A stretch of DNA of 64,000 nucleotides from a virus. Position 1 is the stretch's first letter. Each line of letters begins with the position of its first letter. Positions 46,843-56,293 of this stretch are shown in pieces. Position numbers and translations under genes: made by a program. The stretch is from the IMG/VR virus record IMGVR_UViG_3300018080_005419. One strand, given 5' to 3'. The notes under the pieces were generated by a model that ran no database searches, was not told where the DNA came from, and saw only the letters and a list, made by a program, of their open reading frames with translations.

Positions 46843-47139
46843 ATGACTGCTATTGAGACGAAAAATGAAGTTCGCAAAGAGATTTTAGAAACAAAGGAAA
46901 AGATCAAGGCATTAGCTGCAATTCAAAAAGAAGAAAAACAACTTTTAAGAATGCCACATAATAAAATTCCAACAATAGATATTAAACTTCGTAGTGGAAA
47001 TGTTTATCAATGTGGCGGAATTGATCGTGCAGGTCGTTTAATGAGTATAACCAGAGAAAGAGCATATAAGATTACCAAACTCCATATTAAATATAATCGT
47101 ATGCGAGGAAAGCCAACAGATATGCATGAGTACAAATAA
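46843..47139 (+). CDS. Basic hypothetical phage protein
   Basis: AAGGAG RBS. Confidence 0.75.
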   Translation: MTAIETKNEVRKEILETKEKIKALAAIQKEEKQLLRMPHNKIPTIDIKLRSGNVYQCGGIDRAGRLMSITRERAYKITKLHIKYNRMRGKPTDMHEYK

Positions 47140-47150
47140 GGAGAAAAATA

Positions 47151-47549
47151 ATGGACATCGAACAAGAAGATATTGAGAAGTTTTTTGAAATTTATGAAGA
47201 CGTAAAACAAAAGATTGATGATATTGGGAACCTTATTAAATTTGGGAAAAAGAATGACTGGAGTTTAGAGGATTTCGAAGAGCACGGAGGAAATGTTAAA
47301 GCCTTCTTTGAGTATTGGCCCTCTTGTGGTTGTTGCGGCCCTGAACGTTGCTCTGTAGAAATTCCTATGCATTTGCTTTGGAATGAAAATGGCGAAGAAA
47401 AAGCACTTGAGTTAGGGAAAAGAAACCGCTTTATTGCCAAACAAGAAAAAATCAAGAAAGAGCGAAAAGAGAAATTAGAAAACAAAAAGAGAAACAAAGA
47501 AAAAGAACTGGCTGAATACAAAAGATTAAAAGAAAAGTTTGAAAATTGA
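47151..47549 (+). CDS. Hypothetical protein
   Basis: AAGGAG RBS; CGCC motif; coiled-coil tail. Confidence 0.75.
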   Translation: MDIEQEDIEKFFEIYEDVKQKIDDIGNLIKFGKKNDWSLEDFEEHGGNVKAFFEYWPSCGCCGPERCSVEIPMHLLWNENGEEKALELGKRNRFIAKQEKIKKERKEKLENKKRNKEKELAEYKRLKEKFEN

Positions 47550-47578
47550 TGTAAATATCTTAAACACAATGACGTTAT

Positions 47579-47613
47579 GGGGTCAGAACTAAAAATCTGG
47601 CCCTATATTTTTT
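47579..47613 (+). terminator. Intrinsic terminator
   Basis: GGGGTCAGA/TCTGGCCC stem followed by a T-run. Confidence 0.65.
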
Positions 47614-47688
47614 AAAAAGTTCAATCAAATCTCTCTAAATAGAATATAATATATTGTTGATTGTTTGTTTAAAAGAAAGTATATAACA

Positions 47689-47970
47689 ATGCCAGAGATA
47701 GAGTTTGAAGCAAAACCCAGTGGAGATATGGAGTGCTTTTGCTGGGATGTTACAGAAGAAGAGTACAAAAGAGTTGTCGGAAAAGATGACTATCAATTTG
47801 AAAAAGAATACAGAGAAGAAAGCCATCATGAAGAATATTTAAGAGAATCAGGATTGCCACCTTCTCCTTGGTTTCTTTATCCTGGACATATATTGAGAGC
47901 TATGGGTTTCGATCCAAGCAAAAGTGAAAGTCTAAGAGTGAAAATGATTGTAGAAAAAATTGAAGCCTAA
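47689..47970 (+). CDS. Hypothetical protein
   Basis: Probable start ATG 47689 (MPEIEF). Confidence 0.65.
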   Translation: MPEIEFEAKPSGDMECFCWDVTEEEYKRVVGKDDYQFEKEYREESHHEEYLRESGLPPSPWFLYPGHILRAMGFDPSKSESLRVKMIVEKIEA

Positions 47971-47975
47971 ATAAA

Positions 47976-48416
47976 ATGCCAAGAAATATAATCCGATTTT
48001 ATAGACACACTCAGCCTTGTTTTTGCTTTTCGAACTTTTTTAAGTTTCCAATAGTTCTTAAAGATAAAATATGGCCTACTTCGGAACACTATTATCAAGC
48101 CCAAAAATTCACAAATACTGAATATGAAGAAAAGATCAGGCTTCTCAAAACACCAAAACAAGCAGCAAATATGGGCAGAGACAGATCCCTTCCTCTAAGA
48201 AAAGATTGGGAAGAAGTTAAAAATGAAATTATGTACGAAGCTTTAACGGCCAAATTTTCCCAATCAAAAGAATTAAAATCTATTCTTCTAGCAACAGGAA
48301 ATGCAATATTGATAGAAGACTCGCCTAAAGACTATTATTGGGGATGCGGAAAAGATAATACAGGAAAGAATATGCTTGGGAGATTGTTGATGAAAATTCG
48401 CAAACAAATGAGGTAA
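47976..48416 (+). CDS. NADAR (YbiA/DUF1768) family hydrolase
   Basis: FSNF, WPTSEHYYQAQKF, LRKDWEEVK, LIEDSPKDYYWG, GKNMLGRLLMKIR. Confidence 0.92.
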   Translation: MPRNIIRFYRHTQPCFCFSNFFKFPIVLKDKIWPTSEHYYQAQKFTNTEYEEKIRLLKTPKQAANMGRDRSLPLRKDWEEVKNEIMYEALTAKFSQSKELKSILLATGNAILIEDSPKDYYWGCGKDNTGKNMLGRLLMKIRKQMR

Positions 48417-48424
48417 CAAGTAAA

Positions 48425-48646
48425 ATGTTTAATATTAACAAAAACAAGAGAGATGGGATATTAATTTTCGTACTCGTTTTTGCATTTATTGTGATGGTTT
48501 TATTTTGCATTCATCACATAATAATATATCGCGAAAATGTAGCCAATCAAAAGAAAGTACAAGAATTAGAAATGGAACAAATGAGAATTAAATTACAACA
48601 ATTACAAGAGAAAAAATGTACCGAAACCCAGAGTAGAGAAGAGTAG
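48425..48646 (+). CDS. Single-TM membrane protein
   Basis: Hydrophobic N-terminal helix plus coiled coil. Confidence 0.7.
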   Translation: MFNINKNKRDGILIFVLVFAFIVMVLFCIHHIIIYRENVANQKKVQELEMEQMRIKLQQLQEKKCTETQSREE

Positions 48647-48854
48647 TAGGATGAGAATGGAATGCAACGGTTTTATTTAGTTTTTAAAAGAGAAAGGCAA
48701 CAGAAGTAAAATGGGTAAGACAAGAAGACATGACGAATTTTTGGAAGATGATTTTGATAACAACAGAAAAAACAAGAAAAAGAAAAATCAAACAATAAGA
48801 GAAAACAGAAAAAAAGCAAGGGAAAGAAGAGAAAGGGGTGACTATGCAACAATC

Positions 48855-49526
48855 TTAGAACAATGACTCTTGTTTATCACTAATATCGGGCGCTTCAACA
48901 ACCCAAAATGTGACATCAAGATCGTTATTCCAAGCTAAATTACTACGTCTATTTCCCGAGAATCCATAATAGGTTTTCGGGAATTTTATTAAGATAGGTG
49001 CTTCTAACTCTATTTTTATTTTTTCATTTAATCTATCTCTAAGTTGTGTATATCCTTCTCTATATGTTGGATCTTGTATTTCTTCCTGGAAATCTTTAGG
49101 ATCCTTTGTAATGTTCATAGCAGGATTGACACCAAATTTACTTATTTTTTGGAGCTTACCGTTACTTAAGAAATCAATTAATTCTTTATCTGTTTTAAAA
49201 GAATAACCCATTTTAGCAAAGAAACGCCTAGTAGGATCGTTTTCAAAATACTCACCTGCCTCATCCGCAAAATCAGGCTTTATCCACTTGATTTCTTTTT
49301 GTGGAGGATTGAGTTGATTTGAGACTTCTTTTGTTGAAACTCCATATTCTTTAGCGGCTTGTGCTATTGCTACTCCATACGGTTTACCTTTTTTTTTAAC
49401 TAAAAATCTAACTCTATCTGCTGCCTTTTCTATTTCTCTTGAGGCAGCAACAATAATACGCTTACCTGTCAAATCAGATAAGTATTGGATAGCTTCTGAT
49501 GTACTAGAAAATTTAATTTGCTGCAT
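48855..49526 (-). CDS. Tagged ParB/Srx-like protein (true start ATG 49526)
   Basis: MQQIKFSSTSEAIQYLSDLTGKRIIVAA; LEAPILI..YYGFSGNRR; ends KQESLF. Confidence 0.75.
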   Translation of the reverse strand: MQQIKFSSTSEAIQYLSDLTGKRIIVAASREIEKAADRVRFLVKKKGKPYGVAIAQAAKEYGVSTKEVSNQLNPPQKEIKWIKPDFADEAGEYFENDPTRRFFAKMGYSFKTDKELIDFLSNGKLQKISKFGVNPAMNITKDPKDFQEEIQDPTYREGYTQLRDRLNEKIKIELEAPILIKFPKTYYGFSGNRRSNLAWNNDLDVTFWVVEAPDISDKQESLF

Positions 49527-49554
49527 TTTGTATCTTTCTAAATAAACTGTATCT

Positions 49555-49570
49555 AATATTAAGAAAAGAT
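49555..49570 (-). promoter_or_regulatory. Putative late-promoter motif
   Basis: ATCTTTTCTTAATATT on the coding strand, about 30-45 nt upstream of 49526. Confidence 0.35.
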
Positions 49571-49628
49571 ATCCAGTTTTTATGAATAGTTTTTCCATTA
49601 GTAGAGAACAGATAAAGGAGGAAAGAAA

Positions 49629-50564
49629 ATGAATATATTGCAAGCTATTATTGATTTTTTCTGGATGTTTAGGAAAAAGCCAAAAGAGAGTAAACCCGAA
49701 AATAATGAAGGAGAAAATAATATGTCAGAAGAAACGAATACGGCCCCAGCTATTGTTCCGAAAAGAGAAAAAAGAGCATTGTTAGTTGGTATTAATAAAT
49801 ATAGAATTCCTGCTGCTAATTTAAATGGCTGTGTTAATGATGTAGAAGATATTTATCATCTTCTCACAACTACCTATGATTTTAAGCCAGATAATATAAG
49901 AGTAATTGTTGATGAAAGAGCCACTAAAGCAGAAATTGAAAAAAGATATAAATGGATTCTTTCTTCAACAAAAGAAAATGATGAAGCGCTTATATATCAT
50001 AGCGGACATGGAAGTCAATGGAGGGATCGTTCTGGAGATGAGCTTTCTGATAAATTAGATGAAATTTTAATAACTCATGATCATACCTGGAGAGATCCTT
50101 TAACTGATGATGTTATCGGAGAATATTTTAAGCAGTTAGTTAAAGGTGCATATCTCACAATGATAGTTGATGCCTGTCACTCTGGAACAATCACTAGATC
50201 TTTTATTGGAAACCCTGAACCATATGCTATTCGTTATTTGCAGCCTCCATTTGATATTGCAGCAAGAAGTATTGGAAGAGATATGCCTTTAAGATTTGTT
50301 GGGGCTAAAACTGGGGATGAAGAAAATCAAAGACATATTCTTTTATCTGGTTGTAAAGAAAGCGAAACAAGCAAAGAATTAAGATTAGGAACAAAAATTA
50401 GAGGAGCGTTAACCTATAATTTAACGAAACTATTAAGAGAAAATCCGAATATGACATGGAAAGAAGTACAACAAAAAATTATACCATTAGTAAAAAGACT
50501 AGATCAAGAGCCACAATTGAGAGGTATGACGGAACTTAAACAACGTAAAGTTTTTGGAGGATAA
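49629..50564 (+). CDS. Caspase-family (peptidase C14, metacaspase-like) protease
   Basis: KRALLVGINKY, LNGCVND, YHSGHGSQ (catalytic His), VDACHSG (catalytic Cys), LLSGC, GALT. Confidence 0.92.
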   Translation: MNILQAIIDFFWMFRKKPKESKPENNEGENNMSEETNTAPAIVPKREKRALLVGINKYRIPAANLNGCVNDVEDIYHLLTTTYDFKPDNIRVIVDERATKAEIEKRYKWILSSTKENDEALIYHSGHGSQWRDRSGDELSDKLDEILITHDHTWRDPLTDDVIGEYFKQLVKGAYLTMIVDACHSGTITRSFIGNPEPYAIRYLQPPFDIAARSIGRDMPLRFVGAKTGDEENQRHILLSGCKESETSKELRLGTKIRGALTYNLTKLLRENPNMTWKEVQQKIIPLVKRLDQEPQLRGMTELKQRKVFGG

Positions 50565-50569
50565 TCAAA

Positions 50570-50764
50570 ATGGCAAGTCTCAGCAATAATAATCTCTACA
50601 AAAGAGAAGGTCTTTACGGTGCTCCTCTTCCTTCTGGTTTGACCAATATGCGCTATCCCGAAAATCCTCGGGTAGTTACACCAGAAACAGCCAAGAAGGG
50701 TATTAAAGATTGGAATTCTCTATATCCTGCAGAAAATAGATCATTATTACCTTCAAGTATCTAA
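50570..50764 (+). CDS. Small hypothetical protein
   Basis: GGAGG RBS. Confidence 0.7.
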   Translation: MASLSNNNLYKREGLYGAPLPSGLTNMRYPENPRVVTPETAKKGIKDWNSLYPAENRSLLPSSI

Positions 50765-50786
50765 AAATAAAGGTATAATAATCTTA

Positions 50787-50980
50787 GACGACTGAAATGT
50801 AGGCGAGACAAATGCAACCGAATTAAGAGTATAGTATTGGAGCGGTTATTCTATATTTCAGTTGTTAAAATAAAATATTAATGTAGCGGAAAACAATGTA
50901 AGGTATCGTAATTGAAGAGAGTCGAAATCTACCGTATAGGAAACGCTTTGGCCCTACTTAAATAACTAAGTAGGGCCAAA
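50787..50980 (+). ncRNA. Candidate structured RNA / leader
   Basis: TATAAT at 50774-50779; 17-bp stem 50787-50803 with 50850-50866 (four G-U pairs); inner AACCG/CGGTT; perfect 14-bp hairpin 50947-50980. Confidence 0.45.
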
Positions 50981-50997
50981 ATGTTAAGGAGAAAGAA

Positions 50998-51633
50998 ATG
51001 AAAAAAATAATCATTATATTAACAATGTTTTTAGTTGGCTGCTTTCCTATAAAGAAAGAAAAACAAAATCAATGCTCGGCTATATTCCAAGTTTGTCATG
51101 ATCATTCAAAAGGAGTAAGTTGCGGATCTGCCTTTCTTGTTAAATATCGAAATAAAATGTTTGTTTTAACGGCTGCTCATGTTGTATATGATGGAAATAT
51201 GATATGGCTCTTAAAATATAACAATGAAGTATCACCAATCAAAATAATCAGTGTAATCAATCCAAATTTTGAAGATATAGCCATTTTGCTTGTAGATGGT
51301 ATTCCTAAGAATCATCCATATTTTGAATTGGCTTCTGCTAAAGGATTATCTATTGAAAAAGTAGAATCATATGGTTACAATAAATACTTATTTAAAAGCA
51401 AAGGGAATTTATTAGACATGCAATTTGCCACATCAGCCAAAGGACAGGCAAAAACATATTTACTAAGTGATTGTCAAATGATAGGTGGAATGTCAGGAGG
51501 TCCGTTGTTGTATGAAGGAAAGGTAATAGGAGTGAATATAGCTAAAATGGTTGATATTGAAGGATTAAGAGGCGTTCACGTAGATGTCGATAATTTTATA
51601 GACGAGTTAGATGCAATGATAGATCAATTTTAA
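50998..51633 (+). CDS. Trypsin-like serine protease lipoprotein
   Basis: Lipobox LVGC; TAAHV, DIAIL, GMSGGPL triad motifs. Confidence 0.88.
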   Translation: MKKIIIILTMFLVGCFPIKKEKQNQCSAIFQVCHDHSKGVSCGSAFLVKYRNKMFVLTAAHVVYDGNMIWLLKYNNEVSPIKIISVINPNFEDIAILLVDGIPKNHPYFELASAKGLSIEKVESYGYNKYLFKSKGNLLDMQFATSAKGQAKTYLLSDCQMIGGMSGGPLLYEGKVIGVNIAKMVDIEGLRGVHVDVDNFIDELDAMIDQF

Positions 51634-51872
51634 ATATCTGTAGCGTTTCTATGATTTGCATGCCATCTACTTTGTTTAATGACTTGTTCTTGAGTTAATT
51701 CTTGAGTTCCTACCATTGTTACTTTCCAGGTTTTTGTCCATTCTCCTGTATCTCTATTTTTCAGTTCTAATATTTTTCCTTTAACAGCATATTTTTCAGG
51801 TAGCCATGTAGTATTAATGAGTACTGATCCATTATCTTTTCTCATTTCTAGTACGCATTGTTTGTAGTTCAT
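51630..51872 (-). CDS. Hypothetical protein
   Basis: ORF in minus-strand operon. Confidence 0.7.
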   Translation of the reverse strand: MNYKQCVLEMRKDNGSVLINTTWLPEKYAVKGKILELKNRDTGEWTKTWKVTMVGTQELTQEQVIKQSRWHANHRNATDI

Positions 51873-52383
51873 GACATCTCTTTTCGTACACTTTTCTTAA
51901 AATTCCTCTAAAACTATATTCTTTATCTATAAAATTAAAAACTGGAATTTTATAACAATAAGCAATCCTTAAGGCTTGTAATGTACCACCCTTGTTTTTG
52001 TTCGTATAACAGACAACAAAATCTGCAGGCTCATCTAAATTTGGACCTAATACTTGCTGAGAATTTCTTGCATGTAGTCTTTTAGCACCTTGTTTTAAGT
52101 GTTGCCAACCAGGATGATATTGTTCAGCTATTTCAAACGCTTTCTCTGGGGGTTCGAAATAATTAGACTTATTCCCGTTGAATTTTTTCCAAGGTAGAAA
52201 GATTTGCTTTTCTCCTTCTACTCTATCGCATCCTACTTCAAAAGCAGTATCGGCTCCATCTGCTCCACCACTTCTTAAACAATAACCTAATTTGGCTAAT
52301 TGTTCTGCTAAATTCTGAAATTGTTTGATGATTGCTTCAGGGGTTTCTCTAGATCCAATTCCTGCGTAGTATTTTTTAGCCAT
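51832..52383 (-). CDS. DprA/SLOG-superfamily Rossmann-fold protein
   Basis: YAGIGSRETP, LRSGGADGAD, HARN, GGTLQAL..A..IPVFN. Confidence 0.8.
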   Translation of the reverse strand: MAKKYYAGIGSRETPEAIIKQFQNLAEQLAKLGYCLRSGGADGADTAFEVGCDRVEGEKQIFLPWKKFNGNKSNYFEPPEKAFEIAEQYHPGWQHLKQGAKRLHARNSQQVLGPNLDEPADFVVCYTNKNKGGTLQALRIAYCYKIPVFNFIDKEYSFRGILRKVYEKRCHELQTMRTRNEKR

Positions 52384-52401
52384 AATGTTATATTATAGCT
52401 A

Positions 52402-52737
52402 TTATTCGTGCTCAATTCCAGCTTCTTCTTCCATTTTCTTTAATCTGTCATAATAATCTTTAATTTCCCAGAGATGATCTAATGAAATTTCCTTAGCAAT
52501 ATTGCTATCGTTTGTGTGTTCCATTTCAACCTTAATGCCCATAGTTAATTGTTTTTCAATCTCTTCAACGGAGACACCATGCTTATCTGCAATGTCTTGA
52601 ACTGTCTTACTTTCTGCAAAACCTCCTGGCAATAAGTCAGATGGTTCGTCAGCGGCAATCTTAATAGTCTTGCCTGTTAGATCTGCAAGAAATTGAATTG
52701 CTTCATCAAAACTTCTGAATGTTTTATGATTTGTCAC
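52402..52737 (-). CDS. Tagged DUF5661-like protein
   Basis: N-terminal tag plus GIKVEMEHT..AKEISLDHLWEIKDYYDRL. Confidence 0.8.
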   Translation of the reverse strand: MTNHKTFRSFDEAIQFLADLTGKTIKIAADEPSDLLPGGFAESKTVQDIADKHGVSVEEIEKQLTMGIKVEMEHTNDSNIAKEISLDHLWEIKDYYDRLKKMEEEAGIEHE

Positions 52738-52775
52738 AATATATCTCCTTTTTAGATTTATGCTAACTTTGCTAC

Positions 52776-52791
52776 ATATTTAAGAAAATCT
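52776..52791 (-). promoter_or_regulatory. Putative late-promoter motif
   Basis: AGATTTTCTTAAATAT on the coding strand. Confidence 0.4.
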
Positions 52792-52847
52792 ATTCAAAAA
52801 TTATAAATTTTCTTAGATATAATAGTTAATATAGAAAGAAAGATAAA

Positions 52848-53087
52848 ATGAAACCTCCAACATTTATTTTAGCAGGCACATATCATCAAGCTCAATATTG
52901 GATTAAAAATTTAGGTAAAGACTATAGAAAATTTAAAATTATCACCGATACAAGTAGAGTTAGAGGATACAGAGATTATACAATTATAAGAGTTGGGACT
53001 TGGTACGAAAGAAAAGATCTTAGAGAAATAGCAGAAGTAGCTAGAGTTTCAGGAGCAATTATTTTAAATGGAAGGGAAGAAATATGA
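52848..53087 (+). CDS. Hypothetical protein
   Basis: ORF preceding the HAD gene. Confidence 0.65.
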   Translation: MKPPTFILAGTYHQAQYWIKNLGKDYRKFKIITDTSRVRGYRDYTIIRVGTWYERKDLREIAEVARVSGAIILNGREEI

Positions 53088-53521
53088 AGCCAGTAGTATG
53101 TGTTGATTTGGATGGAACCTTGGCCAAATTTGATGAATGGCAAGGAGTAGATCATTTTGGTGATCCTTTTCCTGGAGCCGTAGAATTCACAAAAAAATTA
53201 TCTGATTTTTTTGATGTTTGTATTTATACCTGTCGCTGCAATGAAAAAATAAACCCTCCTGAAAAATCTAATCTTCTCAAAAATAGAGTTAGAGATTGGT
53301 TAGATGAACACGGATTTGTATATAGTCATATTTATGCAGAACAAGGAAAACCTATTGCTCATGCCTATATTGATGACAAGGGAATTTCATGCCAGCCAGA
53401 TTTGAATGGAGAAGAAGCATACAATATGGTTTTGCGAATTCTGGGTGTTCTTGGCAGTCCGCAAGTAGAAGAGGTAGCTACCGCGATTGAAGTTAGCGAA
53501 GAAATGGACAAAGAAGAATAG
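53084..53521 (+). CDS. HAD-superfamily phosphatase
   Basis: CVDLDGTLA (DxDGT), IYTCR, KP..AYIDDK. Confidence 0.85.
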   Translation: MKPVVCVDLDGTLAKFDEWQGVDHFGDPFPGAVEFTKKLSDFFDVCIYTCRCNEKINPPEKSNLLKNRVRDWLDEHGFVYSHIYAEQGKPIAHAYIDDKGISCQPDLNGEEAYNMVLRILGVLGSPQVEEVATAIEVSEEMDKEE

Positions 53522-53548
53522 AATAAAATATATTAGTTTGAAAGATAG

Positions 53549-53588
53549 ATCGAGAGCTTTGACTTAAAAAGTTCTCGATTTTTATTTT
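53549..53588 (+). terminator. Intrinsic terminator
   Basis: ATCGAGAGCTTT / AAAGTTCTCGAT stem followed by a T-run. Confidence 0.8.
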
Positions 53589-53654
53589 GCTAAGGAGATT
53601 TTGAGGTTATAATATACCAACGCCTTTCTAAAAGGACATAAAGGAGAATAAGAA

Positions 53655-54146
53655 ATGAGTACACATGACGTTCCTGGGGCAAAGAAAGTAAACAACGATG
53701 TATTAGCGATGGGGTGCTGGGCTGAGCATGCAGATGGTAGCATGATCTTTGTAGAATCAACAGAAGGTGGTAGAGTTATCTATTCTGTTTTTGATATCAG
53801 CAAAAATCCTCCCGTCGAATTTAGAGACTCAATGCCAGAAAAAGGGTTTAAGGATCATTTTTCCTGGAATCCTAAAGACCCAAATTCTGAAAAGTGGCTC
53901 TGGAAAGATAAAACTCCATTTCCTTGGGATCGAATTATTAAAGAGGGCGTTCCTGATGGTGTAAGACATGCCTGCGCTCATGATCTTATAACATCTGCCG
54001 AAAGAGTTGCACAAAAAAGAGAGCTTATCGGTAAAAAAGTCGATCCTGAAGATATTAAAACCCGCCTCCCTTCTAAGATCATAGGAAAAGTTGGAAGAGC
54101 AGTTATTGCCGGTATTCAAGGCGCAATAGGCGAATTAAAAGCTTAA
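53655..54146 (+). CDS. Hypothetical protein
   Basis: AAGGAG RBS. Confidence 0.8.
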   Translation: MSTHDVPGAKKVNNDVLAMGCWAEHADGSMIFVESTEGGRVIYSVFDISKNPPVEFRDSMPEKGFKDHFSWNPKDPNSEKWLWKDKTPFPWDRIIKEGVPDGVRHACAHDLITSAERVAQKRELIGKKVDPEDIKTRLPSKIIGKVGRAVIAGIQGAIGELKA

Positions 54147-54152
54147 ATCTTT

Positions 54153-54476
54153 TTGGAGTATAAAAACATGCCTGATATTGATTGGGATGATGGGCAAATC
54201 CGTACTGATATGAATTGTACAGAGTGCGGTAAAAACTTTATTGCCGAATTAGATCACAGTATAGATGGAAATCATATTGTTGAATGTCCTTATTGTGGTC
54301 ATGAACATTGCAGAGTTATTAAAAATGGCAAAATAACAGATGATAGATGGGATACAAAATCACAAAGAGTAGATGTAGATAAAAGAAGAGTATGGAAACA
54401 CAATGTATTACCTATGAAAACGTCAACTGCTTGTGCATTTATTCGAGAAAAATGGTTGAATTTTGGACTAAGATAA
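54153..54476 (+). CDS. Zn-ribbon protein
   Basis: CTECG and CPYCGHEHCR. Confidence 0.7.
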   Translation: MEYKNMPDIDWDDGQIRTDMNCTECGKNFIAELDHSIDGNHIVECPYCGHEHCRVIKNGKITDDRWDTKSQRVDVDKRRVWKHNVLPMKTSTACAFIREKWLNFGLR

Positions 54477-54477
54477 T

Positions 54478-55449
54478 ATGCTGACTAACGATCATATGCC
54501 AAATCAATTAGTTAAAGTAGAACTAAACGATAAGGTAGAATCAAAATATATTAAACATATTGGCGAAAGTATACGTCAGCAAATAATGGAAGAAATCACC
54601 CAAGAATTATTTAAAGATATACTGTTTGAAACTCCGGAAGATGCAGCAAACATAATAAAACGAAACACTTCTTTTGATAAGATAGAATGCAGACAAGAAC
54701 CATGGGGGGTTACATCATTTACGCTACATGGAAAGGCTAAGCCGATGCCAACAACTAAGAATAGTAGTTATGCTCAAGCTAGAGTTAATACTTTGTCTCA
54801 ATACAATCTTAAAGGTTTAGTACAGGCTGGTGTTGATATGGCTTATGACAGCACAAGCTCAAGTTCGTTAACCTCATATAATCCAAATTATCATAATAGC
54901 ACAGCATCAACACAACCTATTAATTTTAAGTGTTCTTCCGCTATAGATACTAGTCTCTTTGTTCAGGCACTTAGTAAAATAAAAATAGAAGATGGGCAAG
55001 AAATAGAAATAGAATTACCTGATAATAGCGTTTTAAAGGTTGCAACAAACGGCAGTTATCAAGTCATAGATGATAATGCTCAAGTACAATACAAAGCTAA
55101 TAGAATTAGAGGGTTTAACAGGTATATCAATTCAAGCGACCTATTGCAGGATTTCATACGATTTTTAGGAGAGTTAGGAGTTAGACAGTCTCAGGTATTA
55201 GAGATTCCTATTGAACTATTTATTAATTGGTTGGTATGTAAAGCAGCAGAACAGGATGGGGAAGAAGCACCTGACGATATTACTGCGCCCGAAAATCATC
55301 CAAAATTATTAGAAGCAAAAGAAAATCATTATCATAAGTGTTTGTGTTGCGGAAGATTTATTAACAACTCATTTGCAGAAAAAGGATTTAATTTTTGTAA
55401 TGGTAATTGTGCTTCTAATTTTGCAGAGAACAAGCTAGCTGTTGCATAA
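54478..55449 (+). CDS. Hypothetical protein with C-terminal Zn finger
   Basis: CLCCG..FCNGNC. Confidence 0.75.
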   Translation: MLTNDHMPNQLVKVELNDKVESKYIKHIGESIRQQIMEEITQELFKDILFETPEDAANIIKRNTSFDKIECRQEPWGVTSFTLHGKAKPMPTTKNSSYAQARVNTLSQYNLKGLVQAGVDMAYDSTSSSSLTSYNPNYHNSTASTQPINFKCSSAIDTSLFVQALSKIKIEDGQEIEIELPDNSVLKVATNGSYQVIDDNAQVQYKANRIRGFNRYINSSDLLQDFIRFLGELGVRQSQVLEIPIELFINWLVCKAAEQDGEEAPDDITAPENHPKLLEAKENHYHKCLCCGRFINNSFAEKGFNFCNGNCASNFAENKLAVA

Positions 55450-55452
55450 AGA

Positions 55453-55485
55453 AAGCCCTAAAAGAAGATTAATCCTTTAGGGCTT
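55453..55485. terminator. Bidirectional terminator-like hairpin
   Basis: AAGCCCTAAA / TTTAGGGCTT between convergent genes. Confidence 0.7.
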
Positions 55486-55506
55486 ATATATTGCATTTCT
55501 TAAGTT

Positions 55507-55944
55507 CTATTCGTCTATTAGAATTTTCTTACCTGTAAAATCAGCAAGATATTGAATAGCTTCTTCTTCAGAGGAGAACTTTAATTCGCCTTCCTTAACT
55601 TGAGTTTCGATTTCTCCAGCTAATATATATTGTTCAAATACATCTGCCATAACTTCTGCTGTTGCTTCCATTTCTTCTTCGGTAAGATCAATTTCTTTTT
55701 CAGCAAGGATTTTAACCAATTCTTTTGCAAGCTTAATGGCAACCATTTTAAAATCAGTCATTGCTACTTCACTGCCCTTCCATTTTTTAACTTGTTCCTT
55801 TACAAGATCGCCAATAGCATCCATGACAGGTTTTCTTTTATCACCCAATTTTAAGTCTGCATTTGTAGCAGCAATTTTAATCAATTTAGCAATACGGAGA
55901 CTATTAATTTGGTGATCCGATGCAATTTTAATTCTGAGGGACAT
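55507..55944 (-). CDS. Protein with N-terminal RIKIA/LRIA motifs and C-terminal tag
   Basis: MSLRIKIASDHQINSLRIAKLIKIAA ... GELKFSSEEEAIQYLADFTGKKILIDE. Confidence 0.8.
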   Translation of the reverse strand: MSLRIKIASDHQINSLRIAKLIKIAATNADLKLGDKRKPVMDAIGDLVKEQVKKWKGSEVAMTDFKMVAIKLAKELVKILAEKEIDLTEEEMEATAEVMADVFEQYILAGEIETQVKEGELKFSSEEEAIQYLADFTGKKILIDE

Positions 55945-56005
55945 TGTTTGCTCTCCTTTTAAGAAAATTCATTCAAAAGGGAGAGGAATATAAAAGAATA
56001 TGAAA

Positions 56006-56293
56006 TTATTCTTCTACAATTTTAATGCCGTTTTCTTCACAGGCTTTAAACAATTTGTCTTCAATCACCTTTAAGAGAATTTTTTCTGTTTTTTTACGTC
56101 GAATATATGTTTTAATTTTACAATATATCGTCAAAATGAGAGAGAGAGGACCAAAAAATGTAGCAATACCATAAACTAAAAGACTACTAATCCTCTTTAT
56201 ACCTTCCTTTTTGAGTACTTTATTATAAAACCTTTGATTCCAGATAATACAGATAAGTGTGCAAGTTAGATAAAGATAAATTGCTAGTGACAT
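56006..56293 (-). CDS. Small two-TM membrane protein (paralogue of 56378)
   Basis: Hydrophobic segments; GP motif; AAGGAG RBS. Confidence 0.7.
   Translation of the reverse strand: MSLAIYLYLTCTLICIIWNQRFYNKVLKKEGIKRISSLLVYGIATFFGPLSLILTIYCKIKTYIRRKKTEKILLKVIEDKLFKACEENGIKIVEE

Noticed and set aside
49629-50564. Metacaspase as the protease that removes the tag
   Set aside because: Caspase-family enzymes cut after Asp or Arg/Lys, not after Ile/Val-Ala; nothing links them beyond proximity.
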